Assembly: GCF_050589845.1 (NCBI RefSeq) | Contig: NZ_JBNGPA010000003.1 | Coordinates: forward strand, 77,720 to 141,719 | DNA length: 64,000 nt | DNA from: Carboxylicivirga agarovorans | Lineage (GTDB): Bacteria; Bacteroidota; Bacteroidia; Bacteroidales; Marinilabiliaceae | Direction of reading: 5' to 3' | The notes under the pieces: generated by a model | Databases searched by the model: none | What the model saw: the letters and a program-made list of their open reading frames with translations, nothing else | Told to the model about the DNA's origin: nothing | Position numbers and translations under genes: made by a program | Shown here: piece after piece, positions 10,581 to 21,323 of the stretch | Numbering within the stretch: position 1 is the stretch's first letter | Layout of the letters: the number at the start of each line of letters is the position of its first letter

Positions 10581-13500
10581 TTAGTTACAAACAGGTACCG
10601 TAAAAGTAAAGGCAGAACCTTGCCCTTCCATACTTTCAACCTTAATTTCTCCTCCGTTCTTGCGAACAAAATCTTGGCACAAGATTAAACCCAGACCTGT
10701 TCCTGACTCATTGTCTGTTCCCTGGCTTGTCGTATTCACATTTATTTTAAACAAATCTTCAATGAGCCCCTCCGGTATACCTACGCCATTGTCTGTTACC
10801 GAGATAGCAAGATATCTTTTGTTATTCTGTCCTTCGAGCAGCTCTGAACTTATGATGACCTTCCCTTTCTTGTGAGTGAATTTCACCGCATTTGACAACA
10901 GGTTGCGCAACACCGTGTTCATTGTCTCCTTATCCGCATAGATATGTGCATGGGTATCAATATCAGTAATTATTGAGATTTCCTTTTTCCTAATGCTGCT
11001 TTCCAGTATCTCGATTCCGTCTTCAATAAAGTCTTTTGCATTAATAACAGTCGGGCGGTACTCAATACGGCCCGAACGACTTCTCGTCCAGGTCAACAAG
11101 TTTTCAAGCAACTTATAGGTTGTCTCAAGATCACGGTTGATGTGAGAGATCAGTTCCAGCTTGGTTTTTTCATCATATTCCTGGTAATTTGAAACCAATA
11201 GATCACTCAGGCCAAACAAGGCATGAAACGGACCTTTAAGGTCGTGTGCAATAATGGAGAAAAATTTGTCCTTCTCAACATTTGTCTGTTTTAGCTCCTG
11301 TTCAATGGTTTTCAGCTTAGTAATATCAGTTATAACCGATATAATACCATCACTATCATCCATTCCATTGTAATAGGATGATTTGATAAGTACATTGATC
11401 AGCAGTCCATCTTTTTTTCTAAAGATAGTTTCCTGAAAAATAGATTTACCACTTAAAAGCTTCCTATTTATCCTTTTGCCTACCGCTATAAACTCTTCAT
11501 AAGACGTGTAAAACATTGATGTATCCTTATTGAGCAATTCATCATTGGTATAACCCAATAAATTGCACAAATAATTATTGGAGAAAATGGTGTGACGATT
11601 TTTATTATGCATGATGCCAACCTGAGCCGTGTCAAATATGGTTCTAAGCTTGTTTTCACTCTCCAATAGTTTAAGTTCAGCCTCCCGCTCTTTGGTAATA
11701 TCATGCACCATACCCAGCAAATAGTATGGGGTTCCATTGCCATCAAATTTAAACTCCCCTATTTCGTGTATGTGCTTATATATACCGGCTGGTGTTTTAA
11801 TACGGTATTTCATGTCATATGAACCATCGCCATTTTGAGCCTTGTCCTGGATAGCCATTACTCTTTCCCGGTCTTCAGGACAAACCACATCAAGAAAATC
11901 CCGACGCGTATGACGCGGCCTTTTAATCTGATAAATTTTATAATATTCATCTGATCCACTGGCATGCTTATCTCCGAGATACAATTCAAAATAACCAATG
12001 GAAGCTAATGACTGTGCCTTAATTAATTTGTTACTCAGTGACCTGAGTTCCAGCTCTTGCTTCTTTCTAACGGAAATATCCCGCCATATTGAATAGGAAT
12101 ATTCTTCTCCATTGACCACAAATCTGGTAATGGCAACATTAGCCCATTTCTCTTTTCCGCTTTTTGTCTTAAATAACCAGTCAAAACTCCATCGCCCCAT
12201 TTTGAAAGCCAATTGGGTATAGTGGGATGCCTTGTCCTTAGAGAGTTGCCCATCGGGCTGATACATTGGCGAAACATCCTCGGGGCGATGATTGAGTAAT
12301 TCCTCTTTCGATCCATATTCGAGTATATCAACGGCAGCCTGGTTACAGGCAATGGCCTTACGGTCTTTCCTCAATATAACAGCATCATAGGATTCTTCAA
12401 ATAAGGCACGGTAATGACTCTCTTTAGCCTCAATTTTCTTCTTTTCTTCTATCAAGGCCTGCTGATAAGTTATACGTGGAGTGATATCAACCAATTGCGT
12501 ATTCAAATACAATGGCTGATTGTCTACACCCCTGACTACCGTCACATATAGATTAGCCCAAATGGTTTGACCTGCTTTTGTGATGTACCTTTTTTCAAGG
12601 TGATAATACTTAATTTCATCATTTAACAATTGCTGCAGTGCTTTCTGATTGGTTTCCAGGTCATCGGGATGTGTTATCTCCCGAAAGTTCATACATAGCA
12701 AATCCTTTTCACTATAACCCAACATCTTACATGCAGCATCATTAACATTTATGAAAACACCTTCTAATGAGGCCAGTACGATTCCAACCCCCGAATATTT
12801 GAAGGTATCCTTAAAGGTTTGCTCACTTATCTCCAGGGCAATAGAAGCTTCCTTTTGCCTGGTTATATTCCTTGAGGTACCCATGATCGAATGTGGTTTA
12901 CCATCGGGTCCTTTAATGATAGACATGGACTCCTGGGTCCAGATGTAACTCTTATCTTTTTTCTGAAGCTTTACATCAAAGGCCATTGGTTCCCACCCCA
13001 AGGGATTTCCATGCTCTATATCACTAAGCCTTGCTTTGATGGTACTCTCCATTAAGTTCTTATCATCACCATGATGAAAAGAATGCACCGCATTCATATC
13101 CATTGTCTCTTCAACAGTATAACCGGTCAGGTTATACACTGACGGGCTCACATGTGTAACGTTCATCTCGAGATCCGAAGTCCAGAGAGTATCACTGATG
13201 TGGTCATTGATCAACTTATACTGCTCCTGACTTTCCTTGAGGGCCAGTTCTACTTCCTTTTGCTTGCTTATATCACGTGAGCTGCCCATTATCATAGCAG
13301 GTTGACCATTCTCACCTTTAATAAAAACCACAGACAGCTGCGCCCATATATAGCTTTTATCCTTTTTAAGCAATTTAAATTCCTCTACAAATGGCTCCCA
13401 ACCCATGGGATTACCTTGTCTGATCTGGCTTAGTTTTCCATTTAATACTTCATAGGCTTTTCCAAGGTGATCAGGATGAAAAGTATCTTCGGGCGACAAT

Positions 13501-14504
13501 GTTAAGGCTTCTTCAACGGTATAGCCGCGAAAATTATAGATGGACGGGCTTATGTATGTACAGTTAAGATTAAGGTCATAGGTCCATACAGTATCACTTA
13601 TGTTATCTGCAATAAATTTGTATTGCTCCCGGTTTTGCACTAAAGCCTGTTCGGCTATTATCTGCCTGGTGATATCTCTTGATGTTCCGGCAATCATCTG
13701 GGGCCTTCCGTCGTCTCCTTCAATTACTCTGCCATAGGCTTCCATCCAGACATCAGCATCTTCTTTTCTATAATTAAGGATAAAATCAAATGGTTTCCAC
13801 CCCTCCTGATCACCCCGGGCAATTTGCTGCAATTTCCTATCAATGACTTCCTTAACCTGTGGATAATTACTGGAGCCAACAGCTTCTTCCAGACTTAAAG
13901 TCAAAGCTTCTTCAACAGTGATTCCCCGCTGGGCCATAACTGATGGACTTACATATGTAAATTGTTCATTCAGGTCAAAGGACCATATGACATCAACCAG
14001 GTTATCGTTAATTATCTTGTAATGCTTCTGACTTTCCTTTAGTGCTAATTCCGTTTGTTTCTGACGGGTAATATCATCAATGGTCAGAAGAGTATAGTCA
14101 ATACCTTCAAGGGTAACAATAGAGGTGGAAATAAGCAGGTCGAGTTTTACATCCCTGTCATCGCGCCTGACTATTAAAGATCCTTCTTCTCGTATATGAC
14201 TTTTACCTGTTTCAAAAGTATCCCTTACACAGTTGCGTAAAGGACAATGGTGACAATTGAGCCCAAACCCACAAACTACTTTTTCCTCGCTCCATGCATT
14301 ATTACAGTTAAAGACCTCTCCAGTCAAACGATTGAGAACCTCTTCTTTTCTTTTACCGATAAAATCAAGGCCAGTCCTGTTAATATTAACAACTTTCCCC
14401 TCATCATTAATCAAAACCAATAAGACCATTGCGTTTTCAAAAATGGCACTTAGTTCTGCTGAAAATTTAACTGAATTCGATCCCTTAAGTAATCCTGATT
14501 GCAT
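10581..14504 (-). CDS. multi-PAS/PAC sensor histidine kinase (no receiver domain)
   Basis: 1307 aa. Repeated PAS/PAC modules. HisKA H-box FFSIIAHDLKGPFHALFGLSDLL. HATPase_c G-boxes DNGVGIP ... GTGLGLILCQDFV. The N-terminal PAS contains the Cys cluster CNNAWSEEKVVCGFGLNCHHCPLRNC. Confidence 0.9.
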   Translation of the reverse strand: MQSGLLKGSNSVKFSAELSAIFENAMVLLVLINDEGKVVNINRTGLDFIGKRKEEVLNRLTGEVFNCNNAWSEEKVVCGFGLNCHHCPLRNCVRDTFETGKSHIREEGSLIVRRDDRDVKLDLLISTSIVTLEGIDYTLLTIDDITRQKQTELALKESQKHYKIINDNLVDVIWSFDLNEQFTYVSPSVMAQRGITVEEALTLSLEEAVGSSNYPQVKEVIDRKLQQIARGDQEGWKPFDFILNYRKEDADVWMEAYGRVIEGDDGRPQMIAGTSRDITRQIIAEQALVQNREQYKFIADNISDTVWTYDLNLNCTYISPSIYNFRGYTVEEALTLSPEDTFHPDHLGKAYEVLNGKLSQIRQGNPMGWEPFVEEFKLLKKDKSYIWAQLSVVFIKGENGQPAMIMGSSRDISKQKEVELALKESQEQYKLINDHISDTLWTSDLEMNVTHVSPSVYNLTGYTVEETMDMNAVHSFHHGDDKNLMESTIKARLSDIEHGNPLGWEPMAFDVKLQKKDKSYIWTQESMSIIKGPDGKPHSIMGTSRNITRQKEASIALEISEQTFKDTFKYSGVGIVLASLEGVFINVNDAACKMLGYSEKDLLCMNFREITHPDDLETNQKALQQLLNDEIKYYHLEKRYITKAGQTIWANLYVTVVRGVDNQPLYLNTQLVDITPRITYQQALIEEKKKIEAKESHYRALFEESYDAVILRKDRKAIACNQAAVDILEYGSKEELLNHRPEDVSPMYQPDGQLSKDKASHYTQLAFKMGRWSFDWLFKTKSGKEKWANVAITRFVVNGEEYSYSIWRDISVRKKQELELRSLSNKLIKAQSLASIGYFELYLGDKHASGSDEYYKIYQIKRPRHTRRDFLDVVCPEDRERVMAIQDKAQNGDGSYDMKYRIKTPAGIYKHIHEIGEFKFDGNGTPYYLLGMVHDITKEREAELKLLESENKLRTIFDTAQVGIMHNKNRHTIFSNNYLCNLLGYTNDELLNKDTSMFYTSYEEFIAVGKRINRKLLSGKSIFQETIFRKKDGLLINVLIKSSYYNGMDDSDGIISVITDITKLKTIEQELKQTNVEKDKFFSIIAHDLKGPFHALFGLSDLLVSNYQEYDEKTKLELISHINRDLETTYKLLENLLTWTRSRSGRIEYRPTVINAKDFIEDGIEILESSIRKKEISIITDIDTHAHIYADKETMNTVLRNLLSNAVKFTHKKGKVIISSELLEGQNNKRYLAISVTDNGVGIPEGLIEDLFKINVNTTSQGTDNESGTGLGLILCQDFVRKNGGEIKVESMEGQGSAFTFTVPVCN

Positions 14505-14721
14505 ACAATTCCTTTACTTATAGACAGTTTAAATCCCAATTGGAGGGACACAGATCTTATTATTCAACTTTAACAGATTTAAAAAGACTAGCCTCAATCA
14601 GACTATGATGCACAAACCTGCTTTTTAGAGGTGCGAAACAACGAAGACAATCGGCAAGTAAGTCATCTAAGCAACAGGCTGACATATTGATGAAGTTCTT
14701 AACCAGCTGCCAATGACCCGA

Positions 14722-15237
14722 TCATTCGTGTCGTATTACTTGTTTTTGCGCCAGGATCAATTTCAACCAGTCATCGGGATAGGCTACCTCAAACTTCTTA
14801 ATTGAACCGTTTAAATTGATCATCAATCCATTATGGCACAAGCCAAATTTCTTTTGCAATGACACCTGAACGATTCTATTCAGATGATAGAATTGTTGCT
14901 CGCCTGTCTTATTGGACGAAAAAATTAAACGCTGATTGGTTAAACATAGTTTACCAATTCCATTGACCTTATCAGTGCTGTCAGCATAACCTTCCACTAC
15001 AATTTCTTCTTCTGCATTCAGTTGAATAATAATTGACATTACTTTCCGCTCATGCTTTCTTCTGAATAGGTAGAGTAAAACCATTGAGAAAGAACTCAAA
15101 ACCATAAGCAGCGACATTCCAGCCATCATTGGGTCAGAGTCAAAATCATTCATTGCGATAATTACAATGCCAATTACGATCATCAGCATAAAAACAGCCA
15201 GTATTAAGTTTAAGCCCATCTTCCTCATTACACACAT
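14722..15237 (-). CDS. membrane protein with C-terminal PH/GRAM-like (bPH) domain
   Basis: Two N-terminal TM helices, then GIGKLCLTNQRLIFSS, which resembles bacterial PH/GRAM domains. Low-confidence family assignment. Confidence 0.4.
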   Translation of the reverse strand: MCVMRKMGLNLILAVFMLMIVIGIVIIAMNDFDSDPMMAGMSLLMVLSSFSMVLLYLFRRKHERKVMSIIIQLNAEEEIVVEGYADSTDKVNGIGKLCLTNQRLIFSSNKTGEQQFYHLNRIVQVSLQKKFGLCHNGLMINLNGSIKKFEVAYPDDWLKLILAQKQVIRHE

Positions 15238-15782
15238 ATCTAATTGTAGTTTTTCTCTTTATACTTCTTCTTAATGTGACAAACAGACAGTATCATCAAT
15301 AAGTAACTCATCCAAGAACAAGCGAATGTTATACCCGTTCAAACACAATAACATCTCCGGCACTTTTTTATTTGTTCCGGCAAATTTTTAATATAAGGCC
15401 GAAGATGTTATCCATTAATATCTTTCAGGGTGCTTAATCATTTCACATGTCATGCAGTACGAAAAAGCATGGAACCATATAATATCCAATACCTCTCTTG
15501 CCCGTGAGAACTTACTTCTTCTGCAAACTGTAATTCATTAAGCTTACTCCACATTCTTCTGTTTATATGGTAGTATAAACAGGTCCACACTATTGTGAGC
15601 TACAATAATACAGTATAGGTGCAAAAGCTTCAGTCCCAATGTTTTTTTATTCGTACCAATATAAATTGGCACAAATAAAAAATTGATACCCACGCTTACA
15701 AAGTGCTGATTTTATGTCTATTAAATAATTTACAAATGGTACCATGTCCATGTACCATAAGTACCCGCTGAGGAACTCACAA

Positions 15783-16913
15783 CTATATGGTTTTTATGTA
15801 ATCTGAAGGCGTTTGTCCGGTGTGTTTCTTAAAAATCCGGTTAAAGGTAGTCTTCGAATTAAACCCTGATTCTTCTGCTAAATGATATAAGGTATGCTGC
15901 TTGTGACGCCCTTCCTTTAGCAGGCGTTTGACCTCCTTAATGCGATATTCATTGACAACGTCGGAAAAGGATTTCCTGAATTCGGAATTGAAGACCTGTA
16001 CAATTTGCTTATAGTTAAGACCTGTTGCTTCAACCACGTCAATCATTTTAAGGTCGGCCTTTAAATAAGGCCTGCGATTATTAAAGTAATCCATTAGTAC
16101 TTTGTAATCTCCATTCTTATCTTCTTGTTCAGGATGATCAGTATTATGAGGCTTAGCTGTGACACTTAATGACAAGTCCTCTTCCATGCCAAATAATTGT
16201 GGCTTGTTAATTGAAAAAATAGCCAGCAAGTATATTAGTAATGTCAGACCAAAGTAAAAGACTTTAAACGGATCAAAACCCAATGGAAAACGAATCATGA
16301 TCAATACTGAGCTCGCAGTACCATATATCCATAGAATGACATTCAGCGTCAGGAATAACTTTAGCCACTTTACACCTGACAATTGAGATTCGGATAATTT
16401 TGTTTTTCTGAAATATTGAAAATGTGCAAGACTTCTCCATGAAACAATTGAATAGAACATTCCCTGAACAATTACAATGATACTCACAATATATTGCATA
16501 ATGTCAAACCACCTGGGGACACCTGCTTTAAGAATGATGGTTTTAGCTTCTGCACTCTGAAAATAAAACGGGGCAAACGCAATCATGTAGGCCAGGAATG
16601 GAATATAATGTAACAGAGCTGAGGTGATTGTTAGCCTGTTCCTGTAGAGATAAGTCCTGATATATAAATAAACCAATGGAAAAAACAACAACATCATCCC
16701 ACTGGCTAAGCCATAAATATGTGGGAATCTAAATACAAATTCTTTTGATCCCAGGGCATAAGAAATAACGATAAATGACCAGACTAAAACCAAAGAACCA
16801 AGTACCCTGTTAGCATAAAGATTGTGAGGGTAAAACATCAAATACATGGATATCAAAATAGCAAAGGCTCCCCCGCACATGAGAATCAAGTTATAAATAT
16901 TTTCAATCTGCAT
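15783..16913 (-). CDS. AraC family transcriptional regulator with N-terminal polytopic membrane domain
   Basis: C-terminal HTH_18/AraC signature (HTLYHLAEESGFNSKTTFNRIFKKHTGQTPSDYIK). ~7 predicted TM helices in the N-terminal 230 aa. Confidence 0.8.
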   Translation of the reverse strand: MQIENIYNLILMCGGAFAILISMYLMFYPHNLYANRVLGSLVLVWSFIVISYALGSKEFVFRFPHIYGLASGMMLLFFPLVYLYIRTYLYRNRLTITSALLHYIPFLAYMIAFAPFYFQSAEAKTIILKAGVPRWFDIMQYIVSIIVIVQGMFYSIVSWRSLAHFQYFRKTKLSESQLSGVKWLKLFLTLNVILWIYGTASSVLIMIRFPLGFDPFKVFYFGLTLLIYLLAIFSINKPQLFGMEEDLSLSVTAKPHNTDHPEQEDKNGDYKVLMDYFNNRRPYLKADLKMIDVVEATGLNYKQIVQVFNSEFRKSFSDVVNEYRIKEVKRLLKEGRHKQHTLYHLAEESGFNSKTTFNRIFKKHTGQTPSDYIKTI

Positions 16914-17488
16914 ACCTTACTATTATAAATGATAAGGCAAAATTAATGTTTTTTGTCAATCTCATACTTTTGCTCCCTTGCCATCATTCTTTTTCTCAAT
17001 AAACAAAGCTATCAACAACTTGCATTTAATTATCAATGCCATAAGCTCTGTTGAATCAAAACGCTTATTTTAGCCAACTCACAAAATGTAGACGGTCAAA
17101 CAATGAAGAGAAGACGAATTCATTATTATAAGCGACCTTTTTACATATCCTCAATACAGCTACAAGCCACAAAACATCATACTTAAGGGTTAGTGTCAAT
17201 AGTGATTCCAAGTGCTCTGGTCCACCTATTTTGAATAGGTTTAAATTACCCCTGATACTTTCGGTTAATATTAGATATGTTAATTTTGAAAATACAGCCA
17301 TCATGCCTGGCACCTACTTTAATTCTAATCTATTCCTGTTAACGAATGGGACTTAGCAGGTAAAGCTGTGCTCAACAAGACATTAGTTAATGAATACTGA
17401 CATGGCATTAGCCCTTACGCCATACAAAGCACTTGTCAATGGTGTTAAAGCCTGGCTTAAATTCTAACCCTTTTATCAAAACAATCCA

Positions 17489-18058
17489 ATGAGACAATTA
17501 CTAACCATCCTGGCATTAGCATCAATATTGGCTTTTAAATCAGATAAAAATGAGGTTGTTTTCAAGTATCCCAAATTGAAAGACAAAGAGATTGTAATGA
17601 AAACAAGCGCATTTGAAAAATTCAGGAAAGAATGGAGAGGAAAAGATTATTATTATTTGTGCGACAAAGGGCACAATGGAATGGTATGTTCAGTTTTATT
17701 TTATAAGTTGAATGAGGAGGAGAAAATGATGTACGTCGATTTAGCAAGAGCAATGATTGGTAAAGAATGTCCGGAAATATCCCCTGCATTTCCTTTAGCT
17801 TACTTTACTAATTACTCAAATTTAAAAAAATATGAGACCAATATTAGTAAATGGGGAAATAAAGGAGATGACTTTATGTTTAGTCATGCTGACATTAAGG
17901 ACTTTAATGGTACTCAAATAAACCAAAAACACATGTATGCCTATGCTATGATGAGTAATGATTTATTTGTTCATATTCATCTGTCTAAAACCTTTTGTAC
18001 AAAAAACGATTCAATAGTCATGGCTAAAACTCTTAACAGCCTCCATATCAGAAAATAA
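17489..18058 (+). CDS. hypothetical secreted protein
   Basis: 189-aa ORF with signal peptide. No recognised domain. Confidence 0.45.
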   Translation: MRQLLTILALASILAFKSDKNEVVFKYPKLKDKEIVMKTSAFEKFRKEWRGKDYYYLCDKGHNGMVCSVLFYKLNEEEKMMYVDLARAMIGKECPEISPAFPLAYFTNYSNLKKYETNISKWGNKGDDFMFSHADIKDFNGTQINQKHMYAYAMMSNDLFVHIHLSKTFCTKNDSIVMAKTLNSLHIRK

Positions 18059-18095
18059 CACAGACCTGAACTTATCTTGTCAAATAGAACCTCAT

Positions 18096-18743
18096 ATGGA
18101 AATACTGATAATCATTCTACTACTATTTTTCACTATTCTTCTGGGACTGCCCCTATTAGTGACCATACTAAGAGCAAAGGCGCAGGGTGCAAACATATCT
18201 TTTAAACAGGCATTGGGCTTGAATTTCAGGAAGACAAACAAGAAAAATCTGTTTAAAGCTCTTGCATTGACACAAAATAATAAGCTTGACCTGGAACTGG
18301 TTGACCTTGAAGCTCACCTTTTAGCAGGAGGTAACACATATAAAGTTATACAAACCCTCATTAAGCACCAGGACAAAAAAGACTTTACTTTTCAAATGCT
18401 TACCGCCCTGGATCTAGCTGGTAAAGATATTGAAGATGCGGTCCTGAAAACAACAGAGATTCATACCCTGAGCATCAACGACCTGGATTTTAAATCTTTC
18501 AAGATAAACCTATGGGCTGAATACAAACATGGTATGGCAGCCGCTTTTGGGGCTTTTGATGAACAAAACAACAGCATCGAAGAAAAGGTTAAAGAAAAGC
18601 TGACTGCTGTTGCCAGGGACTGGACCTCTACAGATACCATCGCATCGCAGAATTTTATACGAAATAACATATTGAATACCGAGTACTGGGAAAGGGTATT
18701 GGGTGTTCAATTGATTCAACAAAAACTCATCCTGAAGAAATAA
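18096..18743 (+). CDS. short flotillin-like FloA (UPF0365/YqfA)-family protein
   Basis: N-terminal TM helix plus LDLELVDLEAHLLAGGNTYKVIQTLI...FTFQMLTALDLAGKDIEDAV. This aligns with the FloA conserved block (TNQLESHYLAGGNVDRVV...AAIDLAGRDVLEAV). At 215 aa it is shorter than canonical FloA (~330 aa). Confidence 0.5.
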   Translation: MEILIIILLLFFTILLGLPLLVTILRAKAQGANISFKQALGLNFRKTNKKNLFKALALTQNNKLDLELVDLEAHLLAGGNTYKVIQTLIKHQDKKDFTFQMLTALDLAGKDIEDAVLKTTEIHTLSINDLDFKSFKINLWAEYKHGMAAAFGAFDEQNNSIEEKVKEKLTAVARDWTSTDTIASQNFIRNNILNTEYWERVLGVQLIQQKLILKK

Positions 18744-18906
18744 CTGTCCCTTTAATAGTATGCCTAAAAATATATACGGGTTATGTAAGCCAATCACAAC
18801 TTTTGCTATCTGCTAAGCCTATAATTTTTGGGATTGGAACAATAGCATACAAATAGATATTTCAGACGATTAATACATCAGACCAATAGCTTAACAATAA
18901 TATAAA

Positions 18907-19626
18907 ATGGAAAAATCAAAATCAGGCTCACCAATTTATAGGTATAATGAGTCAAACAAGAATGAATTTGAAGGAGCTTCCGGTGAAATGTCAATAGATG
19001 AAATTTCAGATCATATTGAGAAACACGTTGGCCAAATTCATATGGTATTTCATGAAATAATATCTGAACAGGTTCATATTGATGTGCACTGGGTTAAACC
19101 AACAAAAGAAAGGCCTTTTCATACATTAATTACATCAGGAATGAGCGACAAAGCGATGAATACTCCTGAAGGAGTTGAAAATTATGATTTCGCTGAATTA
19201 AGCATCTGCTTGCCTGAAGAATGGAAAATATCAGAAGAAGACTTTAATGATGAAAGAAATTACTGGCCAATAAGATGGTTGAAATACCTTGCCAGGTTCC
19301 CCCATGAATATAATACATGGTTAAGCTATGGTCACACGATACCAAATGGAGATCCAGCCGAACCATTCTCTGATAATACAAAACTAAATACGATGCTATT
19401 GCTACCAACAATCGTATTTAATGAAGAATTTCACACGCTCGAACTTGCCACTAAGTCAATAAATTTTTATACACTAATTCCTATTTATAATGAAGAACTT
19501 AAGTTGAAAATGAACAAGGGAGTAGAAGCCTTATTTGATGGTTTTGATAAATTCGGCGTAAATGATATTGTCCATACCGACAGACCTAATACCGCTAAAA
19601 AGAAAAAATTCCTCGGTCTATTCTGA
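18907..19626 (+). CDS. SUFU (suppressor of fused)-like domain protein
   Basis: SDHIEKHVGQIHMVFHE...VHIDVHWVKPTKERPFHTLITSGMSDKAMNTPEG matches the bacterial SUFU-domain pattern. Bacterial SUFU proteins are a known immunity-protein family of polymorphic toxin systems. Confidence 0.65.
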   Translation: MEKSKSGSPIYRYNESNKNEFEGASGEMSIDEISDHIEKHVGQIHMVFHEIISEQVHIDVHWVKPTKERPFHTLITSGMSDKAMNTPEGVENYDFAELSICLPEEWKISEEDFNDERNYWPIRWLKYLARFPHEYNTWLSYGHTIPNGDPAEPFSDNTKLNTMLLLPTIVFNEEFHTLELATKSINFYTLIPIYNEELKLKMNKGVEALFDGFDKFGVNDIVHTDRPNTAKKKKFLGLF

Positions 19627-20039
19627 AATTAACCAATCTGTGAGATATCATCAAGTAAACCGGGCATAGATGGTATTTGGGTGTTTATCTCTTTCGGACA
19701 TAAGAAAAACAGGAATTAAATTTTATTGGCGACTCCATTTTCCAATTTGCAGCTAATACAGAAGCGCACATTTATAATGCATACAATCAAAATATATTTA
19801 CTCATCTTTCTTGTCTAATGCCAGGCAAATTGCACTATGACAGATGAGCAAAAAATTGACAAATTCCTATACTCCGGTGAACTGTATATACAGGAAAATA
19901 TTTATGAGGGAATAACTGGCTATGATGAAGACTTTCAAATTTCTTATGGAAAGATTAAAGTTAACGACGAGCCATGAAAGCTATAATTGTATTATCATTT
20001 TCGTGCGTTTAACCATTAAAAACCTAATATACTAAATAC

Positions 20040-20675
20040 ATGTACGTAGATTTTCAAAACTTTATCATTAAGGAGCAGGCCGAAGAGGTCGCAAAAATAT
20101 TGAATGACAATGACATTAATGTCATAGTTAAAGAGGTTAAACCAAATGTTGATATCACATTTAGTAATACACACTCACTTAATTACTGGATTCGAATTCC
20201 TAAAGGTCAGGTGAAATTAGCAGAATCAATATTGAATAAAGGAACAAACTCAATAAAAGTACCCGAAGGACACTATTTTTTGGAGTTTACGGACGATGAG
20301 TTGACTGAAGTGGTGAAAAACTATTACGATTGGAATAAGACCGATTATCAATACGCCAGAATACTACTTGATGAACGGGGAATTAAGTATAGTGAAGAAA
20401 AAATAGCAGAATTTAAGAATGCCAGCCTGGAAGAACTAAGAGCACCTGAAAATGGTAAGTCAAGCTGGATCATTGCGGGTTTTATAACCGCATTTATGGG
20501 TGGGCTCTTAGGTGTTATCATGGGATGGAATTACTGGACGGAAATTAAGACGCTACCAAATGGCGAAAAAGTTCACCGGTTTAATGCCCCGACCCGTCAG
20601 AAAGGTAAACTAATGATGATCATTGGCCTTGTTGTTATTGTTCTGGCCATTACCGGCAGAATTCTTACATTATAA
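20040..20675 (+). CDS. DUF2007-like (putative signal-transducing) domain protein with C-terminal TM helices
   Basis: The N-terminus resembles the DUF2007 fold. The C-terminus (SWIIAGFITAFMGGLLGVIMGW ... MMIIGLVVIVLAITG) is hydrophobic. Confidence 0.4.
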   Translation: MYVDFQNFIIKEQAEEVAKILNDNDINVIVKEVKPNVDITFSNTHSLNYWIRIPKGQVKLAESILNKGTNSIKVPEGHYFLEFTDDELTEVVKNYYDWNKTDYQYARILLDERGIKYSEEKIAEFKNASLEELRAPENGKSSWIIAGFITAFMGGLLGVIMGWNYWTEIKTLPNGEKVHRFNAPTRQKGKLMMIIGLVVIVLAITGRILTL

Positions 20676-20809
20676 CTCAGAGACTGTAATACTATATAAG
20701 AATAACTCACAATGGTAAACATTAAGCATATTCATCCTGTATGCATACAGTCAGTTACACTATTTATAATTATTACATTGAATACCTTAAAAAAATACCA
20801 GCTAAAAAA

Positions 20810-21256
20810 ATGAACGATTGGCAAACCATAATCACATTCACCCAACCACACGATGCCCATTTTGCAAAAGTATTACTTGAATCAGCTGGAATCGAAACAA
20901 TAATTCGCGATGAACTTACAGCGCAAGTCAACAACTTTTATTCAAACGCGATTGGTGGTGTCAAGCTTGATGTAAAAGAAAGTGACTCATCAGCCGCCAT
21001 TGCCACTCTTAAGGAAGGTGGTTATATTAATAAAACGAAACAGACCCAACACCAAAATGTTGAAATAATTGAACTAAACGAAAATACAGACAGAAGCATT
21101 TGTCCTTTTTGTAGTTCCGACAACATTTATAAGAAAAAAGTTGTTAACCCCTTAGTGCTTGTGGCATACCTGCTATTAGGTGCATTTTTCCCTATTTTTA
21201 AGCGCAACTATATCTGTTATGACTGTGATAAAGAATGGAAATTTCGGAAGAAATAA
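20810..21256 (+). CDS. DUF2007 domain protein with C-terminal zinc ribbon and TM helix
   Basis: MNDWQTIITFTQPHDAHFAKVLLESAGIETIIRDE is the DUF2007 signature. CPFCSS...CYDCD zinc-ribbon motifs flank a hydrophobic helix. Start adjusted to the ATG at 20810. Confidence 0.5.
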   Translation: MNDWQTIITFTQPHDAHFAKVLLESAGIETIIRDELTAQVNNFYSNAIGGVKLDVKESDSSAAIATLKEGGYINKTKQTQHQNVEIIELNENTDRSICPFCSSDNIYKKKVVNPLVLVAYLLLGAFFPIFKRNYICYDCDKEWKFRKK

Positions 21257-21323
21257 AAGAGTAGTGTTCGATTACACAGAAAACAGCCGGTAATTACAGC
21301 ACAATAAAATACCATGAAATACA

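Noticed and set aside
20185-20205. tRNA T-loop-like GGATTCGAATTCC
   Set aside because: It is inside a coding region and lacks acceptor-stem and anticodon-arm structure. No tRNA or rRNA genes were found in the window.
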